31,881 nucleotides of DNA from a virus (IMGVR_UViG_3300032219_001009:1-31881); one strand, 5' to 3'; shown: positions 19,003 through 25,798, numbered from the stretch's first letter. Translations and numbers: made by a program. The notes: a model not told the origin generated them from the letters alone.

Positions 19003-19196
19003 ATATCTTCTGCTTTTTTAAATTTAGAATGATGCATATAAATTGTTCTATCATCTCTTCTTTCCGCTAACCAAAATCCTCTATTCTTCATTTCTCTTTC
19101 GGTTGCGTAATTTAGTTCTGTTTCTAAAATGTGGTAGACAGTATTTTCATTCTCCACATCTGCTCCTTCAATTAGGATTGCTTTGTAACTGCTCAT
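18984..19196 (-). CDS. Hypothetical protein
   Basis: 70 aa, packed between neighbours. Confidence 0.6.
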   Translation of the reverse strand: MSSYKAILIEGADVENENTVYHILETELNYATEREMKNRGFWLAERRDDRTIYMHHSKFKKAEDICQNQI

Positions 19197-19197
19197 A

Positions 19198-19713
19198 TTA
19201 TTCTTCGTTTATTGGTTTGTATGTTGATTGTTGATTTCCTCTTCTATCTTCTACGAGGTTAAATTCTCTATTAAGTTTTTCTTCTATTTCTTTTATCTCT
19301 TTTGCACTTAAGTAGCTCTTTTGTCTTTGTGCTGCTTTTTGTAAATCTGATATATCATTTCTATCTGAGAATATCCTTTCCATTGCTTCCGCATCGTTTA
19401 GTATATCATCTAATCTTTGTCTATTCTTTTCTCTGATTTCTTTCATCCATTGGATTGGGTCTTCATCTACTTTGAATGGTTTCCCATCTTCTCTTAAGTG
19501 TCCCAATCTTTCTTCATCTGAATGGTATCGTACTTTATATCCTAATTTATACTTTTCATAACCACTTAAATCTCCTCCAGCTTCTTTCTCCTCTCTTAGC
19601 CTCTGCCATCTTTCTCTTGCTCTGACACGGTTTCTCTCAATCTTTTCATCTAAGTTTAATCTACTATTATTCTTCTTTCCACTCGCTGGTCTGCCGCTGC
19701 CCGTACCGCCCAT
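19198..19713 (-). CDS. Highly charged hypothetical protein, possibly nucleic-acid binding
   Basis: 171 aa; MGGTGSGRP N-terminus and Arg/Glu-rich helices. Confidence 0.65.
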   Translation of the reverse strand: MGGTGSGRPASGKKNNSRLNLDEKIERNRVRARERWQRLREEKEAGGDLSGYEKYKLGYKVRYHSDEERLGHLREDGKPFKVDEDPIQWMKEIREKNRQRLDDILNDAEAMERIFSDRNDISDLQKAAQRQKSYLSAKEIKEIEEKLNREFNLVEDRRGNQQSTYKPINEE

Positions 19714-19729
19714 AACCTTTATTGTTTAA

Positions 19730-19930
19730 TTAAAATAATTTGATACTATCACATCCACCATCATAATCTTTATCGGTTAATCTGTTTAACCATTGTTTTC
19801 TTTCACAACATCCACAGCTATTCTTACCGAATACTTTCTTTGCAATGAATACTGCAATATGTTCACCATATCCTAATGTAAAAATATCAATTAAAAACTC
19901 TAACCAACTTCCAAGCTTAATCCACTTCAT
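19730..19930 (-). CDS. Small Cys-rich hypothetical protein
   Basis: 66 aa with SCGCCERKQWLN motif. Confidence 0.7.
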   Translation of the reverse strand: MKWIKLGSWLEFLIDIFTLGYGEHIAVFIAKKVFGKNSCGCCERKQWLNRLTDKDYDGGCDSIKLF

Positions 19931-19931
19931 A

Positions 19932-20462
19932 TTATTTTATTTTTGCTATGTTTAATGTCTTTCCCATTTTGTGATAATGACGTATCCAAAACGTTTCTTG
20001 TGCCATTCCTCTCGCTCTATCTTTTGTTTTCAACTCTTCGATTAGTACTACATCGTGTCCATCCCAACCGTATCTGTCTACACTTTCGTGCAGTTTAGCA
20101 TACGCACCATGTCTGCCTCTGTAATCTACTTTGTGTCGAGATACTCTTATGTTTATATCTTTGTGTTGAGTGAACCCTACATAAGTTTCGCCAGTTTCTT
20201 TACAAACAATACCATATATTTTACAGGTATCTAATTCGTAATAATCTTCCCAATAATCTCTGATGTAATCTCCTCTTTTGATTCGGTATGCTTCCCAATA
20301 TTGTGTGTTCTCTCTATTGTATTTCTCAACCTTTTTCATTTGACAAGGTTTGCATCGAGCTAAAAAACCGCAGGCTCTTCCTTTATTTCTATGGAAGTGT
20401 TCTCTATCTAAGGGTTTTGTTTCTCCGCAGTGTGTGCAGGTTTGTGTTATTATGTTTGCCAT
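19932..20462 (-). CDS. GIY-YIG endonuclease with an N-terminal Cys4 zinc finger
   Basis: CTHC...CKPC; KIYGIVCKETGETYVGFT, R..RH and the catalytic-type E in AQETFWI. Confidence 0.85.
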   Translation of the reverse strand: MANIITQTCTHCGETKPLDREHFHRNKGRACGFLARCKPCQMKKVEKYNRENTQYWEAYRIKRGDYIRDYWEDYYELDTCKIYGIVCKETGETYVGFTQHKDINIRVSRHKVDYRGRHGAYAKLHESVDRYGWDGHDVVLIEELKTKDRARGMAQETFWIRHYHKMGKTLNIAKIK

Positions 20463-20481
20463 CTATAATATATATTAAGTT

Positions 20482-20517
20482 AAAGTCCCAAACAACAATT
20501 GAATGGGACTTTTTTTT
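20482..20517. terminator. Intergenic stem-loop; terminator-like with the T run on the plus strand
   Basis: aaagtccca...tgggacttt inverted repeat followed by additional T residues. Confidence 0.6.
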
Positions 20518-20519
20518 GT

Positions 20520-20774
20520 TTAGTTTGATAAATCGTTTAGATAAGATGTTAGTGTTTCTTCGAATCCATTAAAGTAAGGGTCACTGAATCCGAACATTGG
20601 TACACCTTTTTCAGTTACTTCGTGAAAGTCCCAATACTCATACTCACCCATATCATCAGTACCTTTGCAGTGAGTAAGTGTGTAGGCTGGCTTTCCTCCG
20701 ATGTGATTTCCGATTACATTTTTACACATCATTTCTAATCTTTCAAATCTTTCTGTTTTGTTTGTGTTTGTCAT
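20520..20774 (-). CDS. Hypothetical early protein (start revised to MTNTNK at 20774)
   Basis: A consensus host promoter lies at 20796-20827, inside the longer ORF-track call; an A-rich leader precedes ATG 20774. Confidence 0.65.
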   Translation of the reverse strand: MTNTNKTERFERLEMMCKNVIGNHIGGKPAYTLTHCKGTDDMGEYEYWDFHEVTEKGVPMFGFSDPYFNGFEETLTSYLNDLSN

Positions 20775-20795
20775 AATTTTGTTGTTTGATTTATA

Positions 20796-20827
20796 CAAAT
20801 ATACGAATAAATACTCAATATTCCAAA
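20796..20827 (-). promoter_or_regulatory. Bacteroidota primary-sigma promoter TTTG-N20-TATATTTG
   Basis: Matches the established -33 TTTG / -7 TAnnTTTG consensus. Confidence 0.85.
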
Positions 20828-20863
20828 TATTTATCAAACTTTCTTTATATTATTTTTGGATAT

Positions 20864-20889
20864 AAAAAAAGGGGGTATTTAACCCCCTT
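20864..20889 (-). terminator. Intrinsic terminator
   Basis: AAGGGGGU-UAAAU-ACCCCCUU followed by a U run. Confidence 0.85.
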
Positions 20890-20953
20890 ATGATACTGCT
20901 ATTGAAATAACAAAGTTGGCAAACACTGTAAAAAGTTTGCAGTATCAATATCT

Positions 20954-21319
20954 CTATAATTTAATAACCTCTTTAACCTTTGTTGGAATAACTGAAAACT
21001 CTCCATTTCTCATAAGAAGTAAACAATTCTCAAACTCATTCCAATTAGGTATCCAATCTTTAACTATCTCACCATTTTCCTGTATAGATAAGTAGTTAAC
21101 GGCATCAATCGTGAAAAGGGTATTCTTTTTTTTATTTATCTTGATGCACCCAGCTATCTTAAAGTTATACTCTGTATTAAAGGTGATGAAGATTTCATTC
21201 TCATCAAAACGATTCTCTAATACAAATAAATTACTTTCAGGTCGGAATACTTCTCTAATCTCCTGTAACTTATTTCGGTAATCTTCAATACTGCTGAAAC
21301 ACATTAATAAAACTCTCAT
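20954..21319 (-). CDS. Phage hypothetical protein
   Basis: 121 aa with its own late-type promoter 5 nt upstream of the ATG and its own terminator. Confidence 0.7.
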   Translation of the reverse strand: MRVLLMCFSSIEDYRNKLQEIREVFRPESNLFVLENRFDENEIFITFNTEYNFKIAGCIKINKKKNTLFTIDAVNYLSIQENGEIVKDWIPNWNEFENCLLLMRNGEFSVIPTKVKEVIKL

Positions 21320-21324
21320 ATATG

Positions 21325-21350
21325 TAATAACACATAATATGAAAATTGTA
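21325..21350 (-). promoter_or_regulatory. Putative late promoter TACAA-N13-TGTTATTA
   Basis: Perfect consensus copy filling the intergenic gap. Confidence 0.75.
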
Positions 21351-21593
21351 TTAGAAAGTTTTTACCTCCATTTTATTCTTATAGTTCATAACAAAAAAGT
21401 ACATAGCTCTGAATTGCTTAAATGATAATGATTGTTTGTTAAGAACATCAGCTTTAATACTTTTTATCAGTTCATACTGAGGATGTTGTAAAGTTTTATC
21501 TAACACATGTTCTACAACTCCTATAAACTTTTTAATCTTTTCAGCATCTAAACTATCATATACTTTCTTTATTACATCTTCTGTTATTTTCAT
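21351..21593 (-). CDS. Hypothetical protein
   Basis: 80 aa directly downstream of the replication gene. Confidence 0.65.
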   Translation of the reverse strand: MKITEDVIKKVYDSLDAEKIKKFIGVVEHVLDKTLQHPQYELIKSIKADVLNKQSLSFKQFRAMYFFVMNYKNKMEVKTF

Positions 21594-21598
21594 ATAAC

Positions 21599-22141
21599 TT
21601 ATATTTTAAAATTATCAAATTCTTTAGATAGGTCTTTCTCTTTATATTCACCCGTAATCAAGTCTTTATATTCAACTTTATCTTTAACCATTACCATAGA
21701 TTTATCTTGAACTTTAACCATATCCATTACCAGTTCTTTATCCATAGGAGTATCATAACCCTTATCATAGGGTATAGATAGGGTTAGTGAACCATTAGGT
21801 AACTCTTCAATAAGCCTATGTTCATTAAGTATTTTAATTGCTGATAATACAGGCTTTTGCTTAGAGTTCATAAAGTCTTTACCATACTGAAATGTAATAA
21901 ACTTTTGAATAAACCATTTGTCTTCAGCTAAGATTAGAATTCTTTTACTGAATGCTTCTAATAAGTCTCGCTCAGTTAAATTGGAATCAATTGCAAAGTT
22001 TAATCTTTTAATACTTTTCTGCCAAATACCTGCGTGACAACAATCATCTAAGATGTATAACCACGCCAATTTTAAATCCTTTGTTAGTTCTTCAAAGAAT
22101 GGGTCTTTCCACTTCTCTGAATCTGTAAAACGTTTTGCCAT
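21599..22141 (-). CDS. Putative replication initiator (N-terminal winged-helix type)
   Basis: MAKRFTDSEKWKDPFFEEL...KLAWLYILDDCCHAGIW N-terminus plus a low-complexity D/K/M/V linker typical of phage initiators. Confidence 0.6.
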   Translation of the reverse strand: MAKRFTDSEKWKDPFFEELTKDLKLAWLYILDDCCHAGIWQKSIKRLNFAIDSNLTERDLLEAFSKRILILAEDKWFIQKFITFQYGKDFMNSKQKPVLSAIKILNEHRLIEELPNGSLTLSIPYDKGYDTPMDKELVMDMVKVQDKSMVMVKDKVEYKDLITGEYKEKDLSKEFDNFKI

Positions 22142-22149
22142 AATTTAAT

Positions 22150-22300
22150 AAAAAACCCCATTGAACTATGAAATCTCACTTCATAATTCTCCGGGGTCTG
22201 TTTGAACAATTAAGTTCGTTATCTTTGATAGATTGTGAGATAATCTATTTTATTCTACTAATATATATCGAGATTCCAGGTAAACCATAATCTCATATTG
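22150..22300 (-). ncRNA. Structured 5' leader (putative cis-regulatory RNA) of the replication gene
   Basis: Hairpins with loops AUCUCAC (22235-22241) and GUGAGAU (22173-22179); the second hairpin ends in a U run. Confidence 0.65.
22258..22296 (-). CDS. Possible leader peptide MRLWFTWNLDIY
   Basis: ATG 10 nt after the -7 box; TAG just before the first loop-bearing hairpin. Confidence 0.3.
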   Translation of the reverse strand: MRLWFTWNLDIY

Positions 22301-22306
22301 TAGTTA

Positions 22307-22338
22307 CAAAGATACGAAGAAAAGTCCAAAATACCAAA
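22307..22338 (-). promoter_or_regulatory. Bacteroidota primary-sigma promoter TTTG-N20-TATCTTTG
   Basis: Exact -33/-7 consensus upstream of the replication leader. Confidence 0.85.
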
Positions 22339-22340
22339 TT

Positions 22341-22424
22341 TTATTGATAGTATTTTGAAATTGTTATTATAGCCCATAGTGATAATCCTATTACTATGAA
22401 CCAATTGATTTTGATTTTTTTCAT
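22341..22424 (-). CDS. 27-aa single-pass membrane micropeptide
   Basis: MKKIKINWFIVIGLSLWAIITISKYYQ*; AAGTT-ATG start context shared with neighbouring genes; fills the gap exactly. Confidence 0.6.
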   Translation of the reverse strand: MKKIKINWFIVIGLSLWAIITISKYYQ

Positions 22425-22427
22425 AAC

Positions 22428-22760
22428 TTATTTGTTTTTGGTTTTATTTAATGATTCTGAAGCTATTTTATACAATCTTTGATACTCTTCATAGTACCAA
22501 TGAGCTTCATTTTTTTCTTTTAATTCTGATGAAATATAAATTTTATTCATCTTATCAGAAATGGCAACACCCATTTCCATACCATTTGAATGGTAATAAA
22601 AAACAGAACCAGCATCACCCATATATTTTCTAACATCTGTTACCTGCATTAGGTAATTATCATCATCATTTTGTTCAAATACAAACTTTGGATTATTTTC
22701 ACAAATACGCTGTAATGCTTTCTTAGCATTTACTACATCTATATCATTTTCTCTATACAT
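22428..22760 (-). CDS. Hypothetical early protein
   Basis: 110 aa ORF with an A-rich leader. Confidence 0.7.
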   Translation of the reverse strand: MYRENDIDVVNAKKALQRICENNPKFVFEQNDDDNYLMQVTDVRKYMGDAGSVFYYHSNGMEMGVAISDKMNKIYISSELKEKNEAHWYYEEYQRLYKIASESLNKTKNK

Positions 22761-22788
22761 AAGTTATTTGTTTATTTATATTTGAGAA

Positions 22789-23259
22789 TTAGTCGATTAT
22801 TTTGTATATTTTTTGAATACACTTAAACTCATCTTGAGCTTTAAATTGTTCGGTTGATAGTTCAATTCCTAAAAAAGAACAAAACATCATCTTTGTCAAT
22901 GCAATAAATTCAATATAATTTACTTCGTAAGTATTACCTTGTGAGTCATAAACTAATGCATTACCATCTATGTTTTTACCAGTATTAAAATCAAATGGGT
23001 CATCTTCTGGTACAAAAAAGGTAGATTTATAGAAACCTAAATCATACATACTTTTACACATTTTATCAACAGCAGCTGATAATAAATGGACTTTGTTAGA
23101 AACAAAGAATAATTCTTCTCTGGAAAGAATAGATGGGATAACTTCGTGTTGTAATAACTTTTCTAATGAAGGGTAAACATCAACAACTTTTTGTGCAAGT
23201 TGTTTTTCGTTTTTGATGATTTCTTCTAAACCTTTTACTACATTTACTTTCTTTTTCAT
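22789..23259 (-). CDS. Hypothetical early protein
   Basis: 156 aa ORF with AAGTT-ATG start context. Confidence 0.7.
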   Translation of the reverse strand: MKKKVNVVKGLEEIIKNEKQLAQKVVDVYPSLEKLLQHEVIPSILSREELFFVSNKVHLLSAAVDKMCKSMYDLGFYKSTFFVPEDDPFDFNTGKNIDGNALVYDSQGNTYEVNYIEFIALTKMMFCSFLGIELSTEQFKAQDEFKCIQKIYKIID

Positions 23260-23262
23260 AAC

Positions 23263-23448
23263 TTATTTTTTTAGGTTGTTTAATAATTCGATTGCTGTTT
23301 CTAATCCATCTATCTTACCATCGTTATAGATAATGTCATCGTGCTCATCCATACCATAATCATCCGTTTCACCTTTCTTTAATAGTTTAGCATTCTCTTT
23401 AAGAGCCTTCCTAATTTCCTTTTCTAATTGCTTAATCAGCTTTTCCAT
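23263..23448 (-). CDS. Hypothetical early protein
   Basis: 61 aa, first gene after cassette A. Confidence 0.7.
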   Translation of the reverse strand: MEKLIKQLEKEIRKALKENAKLLKKGETDDYGMDEHDDIIYNDGKIDGLETAIELLNNLKK

Positions 23449-23599
23449 TTGTTTATATTTTAAGTTTTAAGTTGTGGGAGGGGCTTATCCCCAACCCTTA
23501 TACCACTAAGATACTACATCTCGATGAGAAATCCAAGCATTTTATGATATTTTTTTGGTTGTTTTTCATAACTCGTTGATTGTCAATGAAGATTCTTTT
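23449..23599 (-). repeat. Regulatory cassette A: dyad (23569-23587), promoter (23506-23537), 5' hairpin, A-rich leader
   Basis: Segments nearly identical to cassettes B and C; promoter CTTG-N20-TATCTTAG. Confidence 0.85.
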
Positions 23600-23798
23600 C
23601 CTTTAACCAATTTAATATATCCTTTTGCGTTGGAAACAATCCTATACATTCCCATTCCTCACCTTCGTCTTCCCATAGCTCAAATCTTTCCTCTACTATG
23701 TATTCACTATCATAAATCTCAAGACCGTCCTTTATGATACAATTGGCGTTTGATAATAATCTTTCAAGTTGAGAATACTCGCTTTCAGTTAATTCCAT
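23583..23798 (-). CDS. Acidic hypothetical early protein (start revised to MELTES at 23798)
   Basis: The ORF-track start at 23831 lies inside the cassette B hairpin; ATG 23798 follows the repeated leader. Confidence 0.65.
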   Translation of the reverse strand: MELTESEYSQLERLLSNANCIIKDGLEIYDSEYIVEERFELWEDEGEEWECIGLFPTQKDILNWLKEKNLH

Positions 23799-23930
23799 TT
23801 TTATTTGTTTTAAGTTTAGATAGAGAAACACTCTCTCTCTTTATAGTACCAAGGTACGGCGATTTGCTCATATATCCAAGCATTTTATCATATTTTTTTG
23901 GTTGTTTTTCATAACTCGTTGATTGTCAAT
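23799..23930 (-). repeat. Regulatory cassette B: dyad (23912-23930), promoter (23849-23880), 5' hairpin, leader
   Basis: atccaagcattttat..atatttttttggttgtttttcataactcgttgattgtcaat shared with cassette A; promoter CTTG-N20-TACCTTGG. Confidence 0.85.
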
Positions 23931-23939
23931 CGAGAAATT

Positions 23940-24413
23940 TTAGATTGAGTCTATTATCTTAAAAGACTGTGGATAACTCATATACTCGTGGTTTAGAAAC
24001 TCACGTACATTTATATGATTTACTTCGGTTGTATCATCTTCTGCAGGATAATTAAATAAGTAATTATTGAACTCCTCATAACTTATTTCTACTGATGTTG
24101 GTAACTTTGTACCCATTTCAACATCAACCTCATCTAAATCCCAACTGATATTTTTTACAATAAAACCATCTACTTCTTCCTCCTCTTCCTCTTCATATCG
24201 TAATTCTTCCTGTCTTTCCTCAAATTCGTCACGATAATCATCATCGATAATTACAAAACCTTCTTCCATATCATTCTCAATATGAAGTCTTTTAGGCCAT
24301 GCCTGCATTATACCATCTTCGATAAGGAGTTCAAACCCTGCCTTCGATAAGATATCATAGGCTTTGGCCATTTCTTCTTCTAACTTTGGGAACTTTCTAA
24401 CTAAATCTTTCAT
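23940..24413 (-). CDS. Very acidic hypothetical early protein
   Basis: 157 aa, D/E-rich including an E7 run. Confidence 0.7.
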   Translation of the reverse strand: MKDLVRKFPKLEEEMAKAYDILSKAGFELLIEDGIMQAWPKRLHIENDMEEGFVIIDDDYRDEFEERQEELRYEEEEEEEVDGFIVKNISWDLDEVDVEMGTKLPTSVEISYEEFNNYLFNYPAEDDTTEVNHINVREFLNHEYMSYPQSFKIIDSI

Positions 24414-24432
24414 AACTTTTATATTTTAAGGT

Positions 24433-24672
24433 TTATTTAAACTCTACTAAATTTAAGGAGAATATATCATCAGTATCAAGCACTTCAGCCCTTTCTAAAA
24501 TACCACCCTCATTTTCATTATCTAATATATCATAGTATTCTTTGGCTAACTCTTCATCATCATAAAGTTCATCCATTTTATACTTTTGTAATTTCTCATA
24601 AGTCTCATCACTTACATAAAATGTTTGTGTCAATTCTACTACTGTCGTAATTGTTGTTCTAATTTCTTTCAT
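24433..24672 (-). CDS. Acidic hypothetical early protein
   Basis: 79 aa, first gene after cassette C. Confidence 0.7.
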   Translation of the reverse strand: MKEIRTTITTVVELTQTFYVSDETYEKLQKYKMDELYDDEELAKEYYDILDNENEGGILERAEVLDTDDIFSLNLVEFK

Positions 24673-24823
24673 TTTGTTTATATTTTAAGTTTTAAGTTGG
24701 AGAGAGAAACATTCCCTCTCTTTATACCACTAAGATACGACGGTTTGTCCATATATCCAAGCTTTTTACCACTTATTTTTAGTGGGTTTTTCTAACTCGT
24801 TGATACTCAATGAAGATTCTTTT
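24673..24823 (-). repeat. Regulatory cassette C: dyad (24793-24811), promoter (24730-24761), 5' hairpin, leader
   Basis: Leader ttgtttatattttaagttttaagttg and ttataccactaagatac shared with A; hairpin and catatatccaagc shared with B. Confidence 0.85.
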
Positions 24824-24918
24824 CTATAACCATGCTTTACCAACCAATCTATGGTGGCCTGGTTTCTCTTCATTAACTCCTCATATCCCTGTTGTATTTC
24901 TTGCTCTATCGTATTCAT
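24766..24918 (-). CDS. 50-aa hypothetical protein
   Basis: MNTIEQEIQQGYEELMKRNQATIDWLVKHGYRKESSLSINELEKPTKNKW*; AAGTT-ATG context; below the track cutoff. Confidence 0.5.
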   Translation of the reverse strand: MNTIEQEIQQGYEELMKRNQATIDWLVKHGYRKESSLSINELEKPTKNKW

Positions 24919-25004
24919 AACTTTATCAGTGAACTTACATATATATAACGTTAAAAGCCACCCAAATGTTTTGAGTTTTATCGACTATTTTTACCCCTTT
25001 GACG

Positions 25005-25023
25005 TAAGTCGTTGATACTCAAT
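25005..25023. promoter_or_regulatory. Fourth copy of the dyad motif (taagtcgttgatactcaat)
   Basis: 18/19 identical to the cassette C copy. Confidence 0.7.
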
Positions 25024-25040
25024 AAAAAACTTTTAGACGT

Positions 25041-25066
25041 AAAAAAAACCCCTATGAAGAGGTTTT
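25041..25066 (-). terminator. Intrinsic terminator separating the late and early regions
   Basis: AAAACCUCU-UCAU-AGGGGUUUU followed by additional U residues. Confidence 0.8.
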
Positions 25067-25142
25067 AGAGTAAGATATATATAAAGTATCCCATTTGGGA
25101 TTTGAGTTCGGCAAATGGAAGATTTGACGGGTAGAAATGGAT

Positions 25143-25463
25143 TTATTCCTTTATAGGTACACAATTAGGAACTTCTCTACCATCTAATATCTTAGTTCCG
25201 ATTGCCTCGTATCCATCCCAACATGCTCCTTCTAATCCATCTCCTTCTGCTAAACGGATACCTGCAAACTTTGTATCGTAAGCAACTCTTGCCATTACCT
25301 TTGCCTTAGTATCTGTTATTTTACTCATCTTATCTCTATCGTAATATGAGATACAGATTGCTGCTGCTTGCTCCTTTTCATATCCTGCATTTATTTCTGC
25401 AGGTATGCAATAAGCTAAATAATCTTCTTTGGTTTCTCCTGATTTTGGTTTATCTACTGGCAT
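25143..25463 (-). CDS. Small late protein with two Cys-containing mini-motifs
   Basis: PKSGETKEDYLAYCI...EQAAAIC and ACWDGYEAIGTKILDGREVPNCVP motifs, which I recognise as recurrent in phage head modules. Confidence 0.7.
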   Translation of the reverse strand: MPVDKPKSGETKEDYLAYCIPAEINAGYEKEQAAAICISYYDRDKMSKITDTKAKVMARVAYDTKFAGIRLAEGDGLEGACWDGYEAIGTKILDGREVPNCVPIKE

Positions 25464-25474
25464 AATATTTTGTT

Positions 25475-25798
25475 TTAATTTATTTCGTATGTAACTCCGT
25501 TTATTTCAAATTTTGTTATTCTATCATAAACGAATGTTCTATAATCACCTTTGTTCATGTCGTACATTATCATGTAACCGTATGCATTGTAATTGTACGG
25601 AACACCTGGATTTCTACTCGGTCCATTGAATGTAAATACTTCTCTTCCGCTGTACTCATCACCTTCCAAAGTAGAACCCCATATCTTAAATGGTGTGTTC
25701 TTATTTGCTAAGGTTAGAGAACGCAATCTTCTTACAGAGATTCTCTGAACTTCTTTTTTGAATTGAAGGATTTTACTATGTACTGAGTTATTATTCAT
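25475..25798 (-). CDS. SH3/Sm-like (WYL_2-like) small protein
   Basis: YMIMYDMNKGDYRTFVYDRITKFEINGVTY motif. Confidence 0.55.
   Translation of the reverse strand: MNNNSVHSKILQFKKEVQRISVRRLRSLTLANKNTPFKIWGSTLEGDEYSGREVFTFNGPSRNPGVPYNYNAYGYMIMYDMNKGDYRTFVYDRITKFEINGVTYEIN

Noticed and set aside
24935-24970. Promoter paired with the fourth dyad copy
   Set aside because: TTTG and CGTTATAT-like elements are present but fit neither the N20 early nor the N13 late spacing cleanly; left uncalled
23449-25023. CRISPR mini-array or integron attC array
   Set aside because: Spacing is irregular (about 210-880 bp), units contain promoters and ORFs, and there is no cas or integrase gene
25070-25142. tRNA or other ncRNA in the intergenic gap
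   Set aside because: Only a short atccc/gggat hairpin is visible; no cloverleaf or T-loop consensus
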